In this document: one piece after another, positions 39,793 through 49,854 of the stretch
How positions within the stretch are numbered: the stretch's first letter is position 1
Layout: each line of letters starts with the position of its first letter
Origin: a virus
Direction: 5' to 3' (one strand)
IMG/VR virus record: IMGVR_UViG_3300035698_026135
Location: 49,330 to 113,329 of that record
DNA length: 64,000 bases
The notes under the pieces: model-generated
What the model saw: only the letters and a program-made list of their open reading frames with translations
What the model was told of the DNA's origin: nothing
Databases searched by the model: none
Made by a program: the position numbers and the translations under genes

Positions 39793-40256
39793 TGAGCGGC
39801 CCCAAAAACTTTGTCATCAAAGATACAGACTCATCTCTTGATGGCACGGTGGTTATCTGCGGCGAGGCACATGATGTATTAGTTCCTCGCCCTGGGGGCT
39901 TTTCGAGGAAGGTTGTAATGCGACCAGTGGAAAGCTTTTTTGTAAACGACCACGACCACGACAGCGAAGTGACGGGTCTGTGGGTGGAAGATATCAACGT
40001 AGGAACCGCAGAAGAAATTTTTGAAACCACGACACCAGGCATTCATATCAAAACGATAACAGTAGATTTGGAAACGACACAAGTCACGGTTGTTGAGTAT
40101 GATGATCGCCTACAGGTTGCGGCACTGATGTCCGGCGATGTAGCTTATACGTCATATAAAGAACTCAAACATCTTGGTTCGATTAAGACCGCCCTCGATG
40201 ATTGTTATGCCCCAGAAGATGTTATTCATTTTATTGATATAGTGAGGGAACTATGA
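39792..40256 (+). CDS. Hypothetical protein
   Basis: Coupled to SSB and recA by overlaps. Confidence 0.6.
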   Translation: MSGPKNFVIKDTDSSLDGTVVICGEAHDVLVPRPGGFSRKVVMRPVESFFVNDHDHDSEVTGLWVEDINVGTAEEIFETTTPGIHIKTITVDLETTQVTVVEYDDRLQVAALMSGDVAYTSYKELKHLGSIKTALDDCYAPEDVIHFIDIVREL

Positions 40257-41353
40257 GCGATTTTGCAAAAGAGTTAATGGCCGATGTAAATAAAACGTTT
40301 GGATACGAGATATCTTCTCGCATGGAAGACGGTTCACCATCGGACGTAGAGACTTTCATCTCAACGGGATCCACCCTATTGGACTATATTGTCTCGAATC
40401 AAAGAGGCGGAGGCATCCCTGTAGGAAAAGTTACAGAAATCTCTGGGCTTGAAGGAACAGGAAAGACTCTTTTAGCGATGCAGATCTGTGCAAACACACA
40501 AAAGATGGGAGGCCTTCCTATTTTTATTGATACCGAGAATGCCTTTCAGACAGATTTTGCTAAACGTGTTGGACTTGATCCCACAAAGAACTTTCTATAC
40601 GCCGCGCCTGTGACTGTGGAAGATGTTTTCAAATATATCTTTGCAGTCCTCAAGAAGCTGGACGACAAAAAATCCTCAACAGATTATAAATTTGTAACCG
40701 TCGTATGGGATTCGGTAGCGGCAACGCCGCCTGCAATCGATATCTCGGAAGAAAATCCAGACCCAACATCGAGCATGGCCCTGAAGCCAAGGATTCTCTC
40801 TAAGAATATCTCTACGTTGCTTCGTTCGACCGGACGAGCAAAGGTAGCACTCCTCTTCCTAAATCAGCTTAGGACCAACCTGAAGGCAACTCCATGGATG
40901 GATCAATACGTGACCCCCGGAGGTAAGGCTATTCCGTTTGCTTCCTCCGTAAGAGTGAGACTTTTAAGTAAAGGAAAAGTCAAAGCAGGCGATCAGGTTG
41001 TTGGAATAAACACCAGAGCGAAATGTGTAAAGACTCGCTTCGGACCCCCTCATCGCGAATGCATTTTTCCCATCTACTTCACTCACGGAGTTGACGATAC
41101 AGAAAGCATTCTAACCCTTCTCGTGGACAATAAAACAATTACAAAGAGGGCCGGAGGATCTGCGGGTAACAAATACGCATTCAAAGACGAACCTAAAGAA
41201 GCCGGCCTGAACAGAGTTGAATTCAAAAAGAGAATCAAAAACGACAAAGCCGCAGTCGAAAAGGTCGCAGACCTAGTGGAGGAAGCCATGAAGACATCTA
41301 TGATCAACCCAGAGGAGATCTCGATAGAGATAGTGGAAGATTCTGAGGTCTAA
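40253..41353 (+). CDS. recA: RecA/UvsX recombinase
   Basis: FISTGSTLLD, GGIPVGKVTEISGLEGTGKT, FIDTENA, VWDSVAA, FLNQLR, TPGGKAIPF. Confidence 0.95.
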   Translation: MSDFAKELMADVNKTFGYEISSRMEDGSPSDVETFISTGSTLLDYIVSNQRGGGIPVGKVTEISGLEGTGKTLLAMQICANTQKMGGLPIFIDTENAFQTDFAKRVGLDPTKNFLYAAPVTVEDVFKYIFAVLKKLDDKKSSTDYKFVTVVWDSVAATPPAIDISEENPDPTSSMALKPRILSKNISTLLRSTGRAKVALLFLNQLRTNLKATPWMDQYVTPGGKAIPFASSVRVRLLSKGKVKAGDQVVGINTRAKCVKTRFGPPHRECIFPIYFTHGVDDTESILTLLVDNKTITKRAGGSAGNKYAFKDEPKEAGLNRVEFKKRIKNDKAAVEKVADLVEEAMKTSMINPEEISIEIVEDSEV

Positions 41354-42081
41354 TGGTTCTACCAGCACAGTATGGCCTTGGGACTGTCATAACCTTTAGT
41401 TATATGTCGCCAACAGCGAATGATCGTATGCCTATGATTATGGTTCTCGCCGATCTTCATCGAGACGGACACATGCACGGGCTGAATTTGAGATACATGT
41501 CTCCTCTTCAGCAGCGTCAAATACAGTTCTATTTTCAAACCGAGGAGCAAAGACAGTCTTCCGTAAACCCATTTCAACAACAGAGGGTTGAGGACTATCA
41601 GAAAAAGCTCCAGCAGGAAAAGATACGCCAACAAAAGCTCGCCCAACAGCAATCTCAACAAGAGGCTCAGCGAGAAAAAAATGCGAGATACAAAATTCCC
41701 ACACCTGGAGAGTTGGATAAAAAAATAGAAGACCAAAAGAAGCAAGGGCAACAAGGATATATTGTCCGTCCCGATCCTCAAAATAAAACCTTCGGTGTCT
41801 CGACCTTTACTAAAACGAACTCAGCACAGGTCCAGGCGGTCGGTAACGCCATGGGCCAACTACAGCAGTACACGCCTTATGGGGGCGACGAAGAGACTCA
41901 GGAAGAGCCATCACCGTTCGCAAACATAAGTCGTAGCAACACGCCACGCATCAACAATCCATATGCGTTTTATTATCAACACGTAAAGCCGATGCTCGGA
42001 CAGTATACCTCGAAGGTCTACAGAAAATACAAGCACCAGCACGTCTTGAATATGCAAATTTTAAAAGGGGTAGCAAGATAA
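41353..42081 (+). CDS. Possible DNA end-protector (T4 gp2-like) with Gln-rich insertion
   Basis: GTVITFSY...D.MP.I.V...HGLNLRYMSP, and C-terminal Y..VKP...VYRKY..HV. Confidence 0.4.
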   Translation: MVLPAQYGLGTVITFSYMSPTANDRMPMIMVLADLHRDGHMHGLNLRYMSPLQQRQIQFYFQTEEQRQSSVNPFQQQRVEDYQKKLQQEKIRQQKLAQQQSQQEAQREKNARYKIPTPGELDKKIEDQKKQGQQGYIVRPDPQNKTFGVSTFTKTNSAQVQAVGNAMGQLQQYTPYGGDEETQEEPSPFANISRSNTPRINNPYAFYYQHVKPMLGQYTSKVYRKYKHQHVLNMQILKGVAR

Positions 42082-42204
42082 AACACGGACCTTCGACTCT
42101 AAGCCTTGCCATTCACATCAAAGGGTGCTAAAAATATATGATATTAAGAAGGTTTAGCACGCAGCGATAGTGATACCTAACCCCCGAAAGTGTAACGATT
42201 TAAA

Positions 42205-42585
42205 ATGGGCAAGACAGAGTTTATACAAGATCAAGCTGTGATTAGATTCATCAACCTGATAAAAGATGATACGAAAGAATTTGACTTTGTAGACATCATG
42301 CTCTTTCTTCCAGATGCCCTACGTCACTTCATGCACTTTTACTCTCAGACAATCAAGGGCAATGGTCGCTTTATTGGTTGCAACTTCTTTTATTGCGGAG
42401 ACACCTTGCGCTACAGGATCGAACTGATCTTCACCAACTCTACTGTGGAAGTAAGACCAATGTGGGTCCAGCGATTAGGTGCAGCCGTTTCCCTACACTA
42501 TGATTTCATTAGGCCGATTCATATCAGCGCAGATCTATTTGGCGTCCAGCCCAAATTCGAAAACTTAACAAAGGAAATAAAATGA
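42205..42585 (+). CDS. Hypothetical protein
   Basis: 126 aa; ATGA-coupled to the epimerase. Confidence 0.6.
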   Translation: MGKTEFIQDQAVIRFINLIKDDTKEFDFVDIMLFLPDALRHFMHFYSQTIKGNGRFIGCNFFYCGDTLRYRIELIFTNSTVEVRPMWVQRLGAAVSLHYDFIRPIHISADLFGVQPKFENLTKEIK

Positions 42586-43553
42586 TAATAGTTACAGGCG
42601 GCGCAGGTATGATTGGTAGCAATATAGCCAAGGTTCTTTGCGATAAAGGAGAGCACGTCGTAATAGTAGACGACTTTTCTAGCAATCCAGACAAATTTAA
42701 GAATCTTCTAAGTTTTGATTTCATGGAGTATATCGATAAGAAAGATTTTCTAAATGTCCTCATTGAACACGGCGCCACCAAATTTCATCCGGAACTAACG
42801 GCAGTGATTCATAATGGTGCGATATCATCGACGACTGCTGACGATGGCGCTGCGGTGATGAAAAATAATTACGAATATTCGAAAACGCTAGCCGCCTATT
42901 GCTCTATGCACGACGTTCAGTTTGTTTATGCTTCGAGCGCATCCGTATATGGAAACAATACAAACACACAAGAGAAAAGAGAGAATGAACACCCGCTCAA
43001 TCTCTATGCTTTTTCTAAAGCTTTATTTGATCGTCACCACCCAGGATTTGGTTTTAAAAATCAGGTTGTTGGACTTAGATACTTCAATGTCTATGGGCCT
43101 AACGAGTTTCACAAAAAGGGCCAGTCGAGTCCTGTCCTTCGATATTATGACGAAGTTAAGTCTGGAGTTTCCCCACGGGTTTATTCTGGCGATGACGGAC
43201 AAGGCAATGACGCAATTGATTATAGTCGAGACTTCGTTCACGTCGAGGATGTCGTTAAAGTAGTTTTTTGGTTTCTTGATAACCCCTCAATCTCCGGAAT
43301 ATACAATGTCGGAACTGGAAATAGTTCAAAGTTTGAATATATCGCGAGCCTTGTTACGAAGTGGTTTTGCGAAAAGGATCCTGATCATGACCCAAGAATA
43401 AAGAAGGTTCCAATGCCAGAGAATGTAAAGGGCGGCTCTCAACCCTTTACTCGCGCCAACATATCCAAACTAAGAAACGCAGGCTATAAAGATAAATTTT
43501 TGTCGATCGAAGAAGGAGTAGAGAAATATCTCGATTGGCTAAACGCCCAATGA
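42582..43553 (+). CDS. hldD: ADP-L-glycero-D-manno-heptose 6-epimerase
   Basis: MIIVTGGAGMIGSNI, HNGAISSTT, MKNNYEYSK, YASSASVYG, PLNLYAFSK (YxxxK), GLRYFNVYGPNEFHK, RDFVHVED, YNVGTG. Confidence 0.9.
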   Translation: MIIVTGGAGMIGSNIAKVLCDKGEHVVIVDDFSSNPDKFKNLLSFDFMEYIDKKDFLNVLIEHGATKFHPELTAVIHNGAISSTTADDGAAVMKNNYEYSKTLAAYCSMHDVQFVYASSASVYGNNTNTQEKRENEHPLNLYAFSKALFDRHHPGFGFKNQVVGLRYFNVYGPNEFHKKGQSSPVLRYYDEVKSGVSPRVYSGDDGQGNDAIDYSRDFVHVEDVVKVVFWFLDNPSISGIYNVGTGNSSKFEYIASLVTKWFCEKDPDHDPRIKKVPMPENVKGGSQPFTRANISKLRNAGYKDKFLSIEEGVEKYLDWLNAQ

Positions 43554-44518
43554 GAACTCTGCTTCTGGATGGCACAAATATCTTCATCCAACACTATGCT
43601 GCGAACCCAACCACAGACATAAACGGAACACCCGCTGGCGGCGTCGTAGGATCCCTCAATGCCATCAGGGCAATCATGAAGAAGGTTCGACCCAACAAGG
43701 TCATCTTTGTTTGGGATGGCCCTAATGGTTCAATTCAGAAACGCAGACTCTTCAGCGAATATAAAGAGGGCCGACGAAACAGAACCATTGTGGGTCGCCA
43801 CTACCAATTCAAAGACGTCAATGCAGCAATGGAAAATAAAAAATGGCAAACCCTACAGCTCAGGAATTTGATTGACGCCCTTCCGGTATGTCAGATCATC
43901 ACCGATTCCATCGAAGCAGACGATGCAATAGCGTATATTGTAAACCAGGCTGAAAGCTTCGGTCACACATCAAATATTATTGCAACATGCGACAAAGACT
44001 TCTATCAACTGATCGGAGATAAGACTGTCGTCTATAACCCTTCGACAAAAAATCTAATCACCGAAAACTCCCTAGTAGAAAAGACTGGCTACCACCCAAA
44101 CAACTGGCTCTTCTTTAAGTCTATCAATGGAGACAGGTCTGATAATGTTGGTGGAGTGAAGGGCGTCGGACCAAAAACAATCGCAAAACTTTTTGACGTT
44201 TCGGATGGCGGTGCTAGACTGACACCAGAAACTATCCGAGAAGTATATACAAATTGTACAGACGATAAGCTTAAGAAAAAGTACAAAAAACTTTTCGATA
44301 ACATCGATCTAATAGAGAGAAACTGGAAACTTATGTCATTAGAAGAGGTTATGATTGATCTAGGTTCTAGACAAAAAATCTTTTCAATTATAGAAAATTT
44401 TATTCCGGTAATGAACAAAACCCAGTTCTATGTAGAGTTAGTGAAATTAGGCGGGCTCGGCATACCATCGTATTTCTTTGATGAATTTCATATCTTAAAA
44501 AACAAAAACCACCACTAG
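43550..44518 (+). CDS. 5'-3' exonuclease / flap endonuclease (PolI N-terminal or T4 RNase H-like)
   Basis: LLLDGTN, FVWDG, EYKEGR, IEADDAIAY, DKDFYQL, GDRSDNVGGVKGVGPKT. Confidence 0.93.
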   Translation: MRTLLLDGTNIFIQHYAANPTTDINGTPAGGVVGSLNAIRAIMKKVRPNKVIFVWDGPNGSIQKRRLFSEYKEGRRNRTIVGRHYQFKDVNAAMENKKWQTLQLRNLIDALPVCQIITDSIEADDAIAYIVNQAESFGHTSNIIATCDKDFYQLIGDKTVVYNPSTKNLITENSLVEKTGYHPNNWLFFKSINGDRSDNVGGVKGVGPKTIAKLFDVSDGGARLTPETIREVYTNCTDDKLKKKYKKLFDNIDLIERNWKLMSLEEVMIDLGSRQKIFSIIENFIPVMNKTQFYVELVKLGGLGIPSYFFDEFHILKNKNHH

Positions 44519-44529
44519 AGGAGAACATT

Positions 44530-46968
44530 GTGACCGCAACCATAGCCATGCAAAAACCATCATCCATTTCTAGTTCTACTCCAAAAGAGAACGGCTTTAC
44601 GCCAAACTTCGAAGAGAGAATTGTCCAAGCTATCTTGAGCGACCCACAGTTCGGAGAACAGATGATTGAGGTCCTTGACCCCAAACATTTTGACATGCAA
44701 TACACCAGCAAGATTGCTGAAATTATTCTGGACTATTTCAAAAAATATGAATGTATTCCATCCCTATCTTTACTCTCCTCTATTTGTATTCAGAGTATTA
44801 CGGTTCCGATACTCAAAAAAGAGTGTGCTTCATTCTTGGATAGGATCCAAACCAAACCCCTAAACGGAGATTTGGAATACGTTAAAGAAGAGTCTCTATC
44901 ATTCTTTCGAACCCAGGCCGTGAAGTGGACGCTGGTAGAAGATGTCATTCCAAAGCTGCGGAATAAAAACTTAGATGAAATTCTTCCCGTACTAACGGAA
45001 GCAATCAATAGAGGAACAAACCGCGACGTTGGATACAATTACAACAAAGATCAGGAGTTGCGCTTTGTGGATAATCAGCTCGCCAAAGTCCCATCGCCAT
45101 GGCCATGCTTCAATAAAGTGCTCGGTGGTGGTTGGGAAGGTGGACGGCTTGCTACAATTATTGGTGCATCGGGGTGTCATAGAAAAGGTACAAAAATTCT
45201 TAATTATGCCGGAGATTTCATAGACGTAGAGGATATTAAAGTTGGAGACTTTCTTATGGGGCCAGACTCGAAACCAAGAAGGGTCTGCGATCTCCATCGA
45301 GGAAAGCAACAAATGGTAGAAATTAATCCTAAAAGGGGAGATTCTTTTGTTGTAAATCTAGATCATATCCTGAGTTTGCGCAGGTTAAGTAGGACAAAAA
45401 AACAATCGCACTTGAATATTTCGGTAAGAGACTTTTTGACAAAGACCGATTATTTTAAGACTCATTGTAAACTTTATCGCCCAGAGGGTATCGAATTTAA
45501 AAAAGAGATAACGGAATTTAAAATAACTCCCTACATGCTTGGAGTGATGCTTGGAGATGGATGCCTAACGAACCACAGAGTTGAAATAACCAGCGAATCA
45601 GAAGAGGTTGTAAACGAAGTATATAAAGAGGCTGATAGATTTAATATAGGCGTTAGTATTCACGAAAAGGAAGATAGTGCCGCTAGCGGATATTATTTTA
45701 CAAGCAATCGAAAGCATAATAATCCAATAGTTTTAGAGTTGTCGAAATTGGGATTGATCGGAAAAAAATCTGGGGACAAATTTATCCCCAAAGATTATAA
45801 ACTATCCTCCAGGGAAAATAGGTTAGACCTCCTTGCCGGACTTTTGGATACCGATGGAAGCCTCGATAAATCCGGGTATGAAATCACAAGCAAGTCTTTG
45901 CTATTAGCCAAGGATATAAAGTTTTTAGCCCAAAGTCTAGGATTTTCTGCAACACTGAATAATAAGTGGGTCAATGAAGATATTTATTATAGAGTTCATA
46001 TTAATGGTTTTTGCGAAACTGTTCCCGTAAAAATAAAGTATAAAAAATCACCAGGCAGAAAGCAGATTAAAAATCATTTGATTACTGGATTTGAAACTAA
46101 GTTGTTGGACGAAGATTTTTATTACGGGATTGAGGTCGATGAAGACAGCCTATATGTAATGGAAGATTTTTTTGTCTGCCACAATTCCGGGAAAAGTCAC
46201 AGCCTAGTCAACATAGGCGCAGCTGCCTTGTTGTCTAAGGGCGAAGGAGGAGCAGGTAGGACAGTAGTGCATTATACTCTTGAGCTTAGCGAAATCGACG
46301 TGGCCCGAAGGTATGACGCCTGTATTACTGGGGTGGAAATTAACCACATCCCGCAAAATAGAGAGCTTGTCTTGGCATCCCTCAAAAAGAAGCTTCCCGA
46401 AGGATGTAAGTTGCGGATCAAGGGCTACCCTATGAACAGCGCTTCCGTCCAAACAATCAAGGCACACCTCTCCCGCCTTCGCCTTAACGATGTTGTCCCC
46501 GACATTATCATCATTGATTACGGCGACCTTCTGGCGTCTGGAGAAAAAGAAGAGCGTCATCGCTGCGCGCAAAACTGGACGAGTATGAAATCCATGGCCC
46601 AAGAATTAGAGATCCCTGTCATCACAGCGACACAAACAAACAGGTCTGGATATGAATCGGAAGTCATTACCGTCGATCAGGTATCGGAAGACATTAGAAA
46701 AATTAACCATTCTGATATTATCATTACGATGGCCCGAAATTCTGAACAAAAAAGCTCAGGCATCGGCAAGATGCATTTTGCAAAGAATCGCCAAGGAGAG
46801 GATGGACAAATTTTCGCCTACTCAATTATGACGGCGAAGTCTAAGATTCTGGCTTACGAAATCACGGAGGAAGTTCAGGATAAGATTGATGCGAAAAACC
46901 TAGAGTTAAAGCAAGGCCAACAAAAATCAAAGATTGATGCACTGACTGACTACCTGAAGAAGAATTGA
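44530..46968 (+). CDS. dnaB: Replicative DNA helicase (DnaB/gp41-like) with intein
   Basis: Spliced Walker A GASG|SGKS, HYTLEL, IIIDYGDLL, PVITATQTNR, AKNRQG. Confidence 0.93.
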   Translation: MTATIAMQKPSSISSSTPKENGFTPNFEERIVQAILSDPQFGEQMIEVLDPKHFDMQYTSKIAEIILDYFKKYECIPSLSLLSSICIQSITVPILKKECASFLDRIQTKPLNGDLEYVKEESLSFFRTQAVKWTLVEDVIPKLRNKNLDEILPVLTEAINRGTNRDVGYNYNKDQELRFVDNQLAKVPSPWPCFNKVLGGGWEGGRLATIIGASGCHRKGTKILNYAGDFIDVEDIKVGDFLMGPDSKPRRVCDLHRGKQQMVEINPKRGDSFVVNLDHILSLRRLSRTKKQSHLNISVRDFLTKTDYFKTHCKLYRPEGIEFKKEITEFKITPYMLGVMLGDGCLTNHRVEITSESEEVVNEVYKEADRFNIGVSIHEKEDSAASGYYFTSNRKHNNPIVLELSKLGLIGKKSGDKFIPKDYKLSSRENRLDLLAGLLDTDGSLDKSGYEITSKSLLLAKDIKFLAQSLGFSATLNNKWVNEDIYYRVHINGFCETVPVKIKYKKSPGRKQIKNHLITGFETKLLDEDFYYGIEVDEDSLYVMEDFFVCHNSGKSHSLVNIGAAALLSKGEGGAGRTVVHYTLELSEIDVARRYDACITGVEINHIPQNRELVLASLKKKLPEGCKLRIKGYPMNSASVQTIKAHLSRLRLNDVVPDIIIIDYGDLLASGEKEERHRCAQNWTSMKSMAQELEIPVITATQTNRSGYESEVITVDQVSEDIRKINHSDIIITMARNSEQKSSGIGKMHFAKNRQGEDGQIFAYSIMTAKSKILAYEITEEVQDKIDAKNLELKQGQQKSKIDALTDYLKKN
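45175..46185 (+). mobile_element. Intein (337 aa) with LAGLIDADG endonuclease, in the helicase P-loop
   Basis: Starts CHRKGTKIL. VNLDHIL, PYMLGVMLGDG, LLAGLLDTDG. Ends FFVCHN; +1 residue is Ser. Confidence 0.94.
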
Positions 46969-46969
46969 T

Positions 46970-47332
46970 ATGGAAGATTACGCAAAAAAGATAAACGAAT
47001 TAACGGGAATGTGTTATAAGACAGCCTTCGACAAAGGCTGGCACGACGACGACTCGGACACACAGTCAGCAACTTTTGTTGAAAGTTTGTGTCTTGTTCA
47101 CTCAGAAGTATCAGAAGCTCTGGAGGAATACAGGAAGGGGAGAGAGCCAGATGAAACCTATTTTGAAGCCGGCACAGGAAAGCCCGAAGGCATCCCCACA
47201 GAACTAGCAGATGTTGTGATAAGAGTCCTGGATCTATGTGGGAGATGCGATATAGATCTGGGCAAAGCAATCGTTGAGAAGATGGCCTACAACAAGACAA
47301 GAAGTTATCGACACGGAAACAAGAAGCTGTAA
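46970..47332 (+). CDS. MazG-like NTP pyrophosphohydrolase
   Basis: LVHSEVSEALEEYR, GKPEGIPTELADVVIRVLD, KMAYNKTR.YRHG.K. Confidence 0.85.
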   Translation: MEDYAKKINELTGMCYKTAFDKGWHDDDSDTQSATFVESLCLVHSEVSEALEEYRKGREPDETYFEAGTGKPEGIPTELADVVIRVLDLCGRCDIDLGKAIVEKMAYNKTRSYRHGNKKL

Positions 47333-47351
47333 GCTGGGAGGCTTTATAAAA

Positions 47352-49292
47352 ATGTCAGAATTTAAACAAACAGGAACCAAAGAGTATTCTCAGTTCATTC
47401 ATCTATCGAGATATTCTCGATGGGTCGATAACGAGAGTCGAAGAGAGACTTGGAGCGAAACTGTTGATAGATATATTAATTTCTTTAAATCTCGGTTCCC
47501 AGAACAAGAAAAGGAGATCTCTAAACTAAGAGATCCCATTTTAAATTTTGAAGTTATGCCATCCATGCGTTGTCTAATGACAGCAGGACCAGCTCTTACG
47601 AGAGATGAGATGGCTGGATACAATTGTTCCTATCTGGCAATAGACCACCCCAGAGCGTTCGATGAGATCATGTATATCTGCATGTGTGGAACTGGCGTAG
47701 GGTTTTCTGTTGAATCGAAATATACAAACAAGCTTCCCGAGGTCGCCGAAGAATTTCACGAAACAGACACCGTGATTGTCGTGGCCGATTCAAGAATTGG
47801 TTGGTCGAAATCTTTTCGAGAATTGATCAGCCTGCTCTACAGTGGCCAGGTTCCCAAGTGGGATCTCTCCCGCCTTCGAGCTAAAGGTGCTCGCCTGAAG
47901 ATTTTCGGTGGACGCTCCAGCGGCCCAGAGCCCCTGAGTCAATTGTTTCACTTTGCCGTAGATACCTTCAAGAAAGCCGCAGGAAGAAAGCTTACGCCGC
48001 TAGAGTGTCATGACTTGGCATGTAAGACTGCCGAGGTCATCATTGTCGGTGGCGTCAGACGTAGCGCGCTGATCTCTCTGTCCGATCCGAACGATGATCA
48101 AATGCGAGTTGCCAAATCAGGCCAGTGGTATATCGAAAACCCACAAAGAAGATTGGCAAATAACTCTGCTTGCTATACTCAGCGACCGTCGTTTGAAATA
48201 TTTCTCAAAGAGTGGAAGTCTCTATACGAATCGAAGTCTGGCGAGCGAGGATTTTTCTCAAGACAGGCCGCGAAGAAGCAGGCCGAGAACACAAAGAGGA
48301 GAGATCCAGATCACGACTTTGGATGCAATCCCTGCTCCGAAATTCTTTTGCGCTCAATGCAGACATGCAATCTAACGGAAGTCATCGCTCGATCAACGGA
48401 TGATTTAGACACCCTAAAGAAGAAGGTAGAGGCAGCTACAATCCTCGGAACGCTGCAAGCCTCGCTTACAGACTTCCGATACGCTCGAAAGAAGTGGAAG
48501 CAAAACTGCGAGGAAGAGGCCCTGCTTGGTGTCAGTATCACCGGAATCATGGACAGCAAACTCCTATCTACTATCAAGACAGACAAGGACTGCGAAGCCC
48601 TGGCCGCAAGGCTCGAAGAGCTTAAGACGCACGCAATCGGAGTAAATAAGAAGTGGGCCAAGAAACTAGGAATCAATCCATCTGTTGCCATAACGACCGT
48701 TAAGCCAAGCGGTACAGTATCTCAGTTGACAAACACCTCCTCCGGTATTCATCCAAGGTTTGCAAAGAACTATGTCAGAACCGTCCGATGCACCAAGGAT
48801 GACCCAATGACAAAGTTTATGATAGAAAAGAATTTTCCCTACGAGAATGATGTCATGAATGAAAACAATGTTGTCTTTAGCTTTCCTGTTGAGGCACCAG
48901 ACGGAACGTTCGCAGATGAAGTGGGGGCACTAAACCAACTTAAACTCTGGAAGCTCTATCAAGATCACTGGTGCGAACACAAGCCTTCAATTACTGTATA
49001 TTACAGAGATTCAGAATTTCTTGAGGTTGGATCATGGGTTTGGAACAATTTCGAAAATGTTTCCGGGATTTCTTTTCTTCCCTATTCTGATCACGTATAT
49101 AAACAGGCTCCCTACCAACCAATCACAAAAGAAGAGTATTTAAAACTCTGTGAGGGAATGCCGCAAAATATTGACTGGACAGAGCTTGGAATGTTCGAAA
49201 AAGAGGATAATACCAAGAGTTCTCAGACGCTAAGCTGTCACGGTGGATATTGTGAGGTTGTCGATTTAACAAGTGAAGAAGTAGATGCGTAG
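47352..49292 (+). CDS. nrdJ: Class II (adenosylcobalamin-dependent) ribonucleotide reductase
   Basis: SRYSRW..RRETW.ETV.RY, MPSMR, GYNCSY, GTGVGFSVE, VGGVRRSA, NPCSEI, TTVKPSGTVS, C-terminal CHGGYCE. GGGAGG SD. Confidence 0.94.
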   Translation: MSEFKQTGTKEYSQFIHLSRYSRWVDNESRRETWSETVDRYINFFKSRFPEQEKEISKLRDPILNFEVMPSMRCLMTAGPALTRDEMAGYNCSYLAIDHPRAFDEIMYICMCGTGVGFSVESKYTNKLPEVAEEFHETDTVIVVADSRIGWSKSFRELISLLYSGQVPKWDLSRLRAKGARLKIFGGRSSGPEPLSQLFHFAVDTFKKAAGRKLTPLECHDLACKTAEVIIVGGVRRSALISLSDPNDDQMRVAKSGQWYIENPQRRLANNSACYTQRPSFEIFLKEWKSLYESKSGERGFFSRQAAKKQAENTKRRDPDHDFGCNPCSEILLRSMQTCNLTEVIARSTDDLDTLKKKVEAATILGTLQASLTDFRYARKKWKQNCEEEALLGVSITGIMDSKLLSTIKTDKDCEALAARLEELKTHAIGVNKKWAKKLGINPSVAITTVKPSGTVSQLTNTSSGIHPRFAKNYVRTVRCTKDDPMTKFMIEKNFPYENDVMNENNVVFSFPVEAPDGTFADEVGALNQLKLWKLYQDHWCEHKPSITVYYRDSEFLEVGSWVWNNFENVSGISFLPYSDHVYKQAPYQPITKEEYLKLCEGMPQNIDWTELGMFEKEDNTKSSQTLSCHGGYCEVVDLTSEEVDA

Positions 49293-49304
49293 ACTATTTA
49301 TTGT

Positions 49305-49777
49305 ATGATTAGACCAAGTGAACAAGAGTGGTTCTTATATGTGGGGACTACAAAAAAGAATTGGGAATAAAGGACCTAGTTGAAAAGTATGGCGTTGGCA
49401 AGCACGCCATATACAAACAACTAAAAAAAAGAGATATAGAGCTGCGCTCTCTACGGGCTGATGAAGACGGAAGGCAGTGTACGACCGTTCCGGAGAGAAA
49501 AAAGATTTTTCAAAGATCTAAAAACAGGGCCAAAAAGTACGGAATCGATTTTAATTTAGACGTTGAAGATATCGTCATACCAAAACGATGTCCCGTTTTC
49601 GACAAAGAATTGATATATAAAGATCACGACTGGTGTGCCTCTATTGATAGAATTGATCCAAATGTTGGTTATATTAAGGGAAATATTCAAATCATTTCAA
49701 ATAGAGCGAACATCATAAAGAATAATGCAACCACCGAAGAGATAGGAATATTGTTTGAGTACATGAAGAAGCTTTAA
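49305..49777 (+). pseudogene. Frameshifted HTH plus HNH-type homing endonuclease
   Basis: ATG 49305 (MIRPSEQE) is one base out of frame with VVLICGDY.. from 49328. C-terminus IVIPKRCPVF..ASIDRIDP..GYIKGNIQIISNRAN..K. Confidence 0.68.
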
Positions 49778-49854
49778 TTATATCATAGATATATAATTAA
49801 TAAAAAAAGGGTTTTGAAAAAATTAGATTCTATATAGATCAGGAGATATAAATT

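Noticed and set aside
42082-42204. GTGCTAAA/TTTAGCAC stem as a riboswitch
   Set aside because: A single stem overlapping a possible TTGCCA-N17-TAAAAA promoter; no aptamer consensus recognised.
34331-47332. 2-aminoadenine (Z-genome) pathway suggested by PolA + HD + MazG
   Set aside because: No PurZ in the window, the HD protein looks YhaM-like, and the genes are not clustered.
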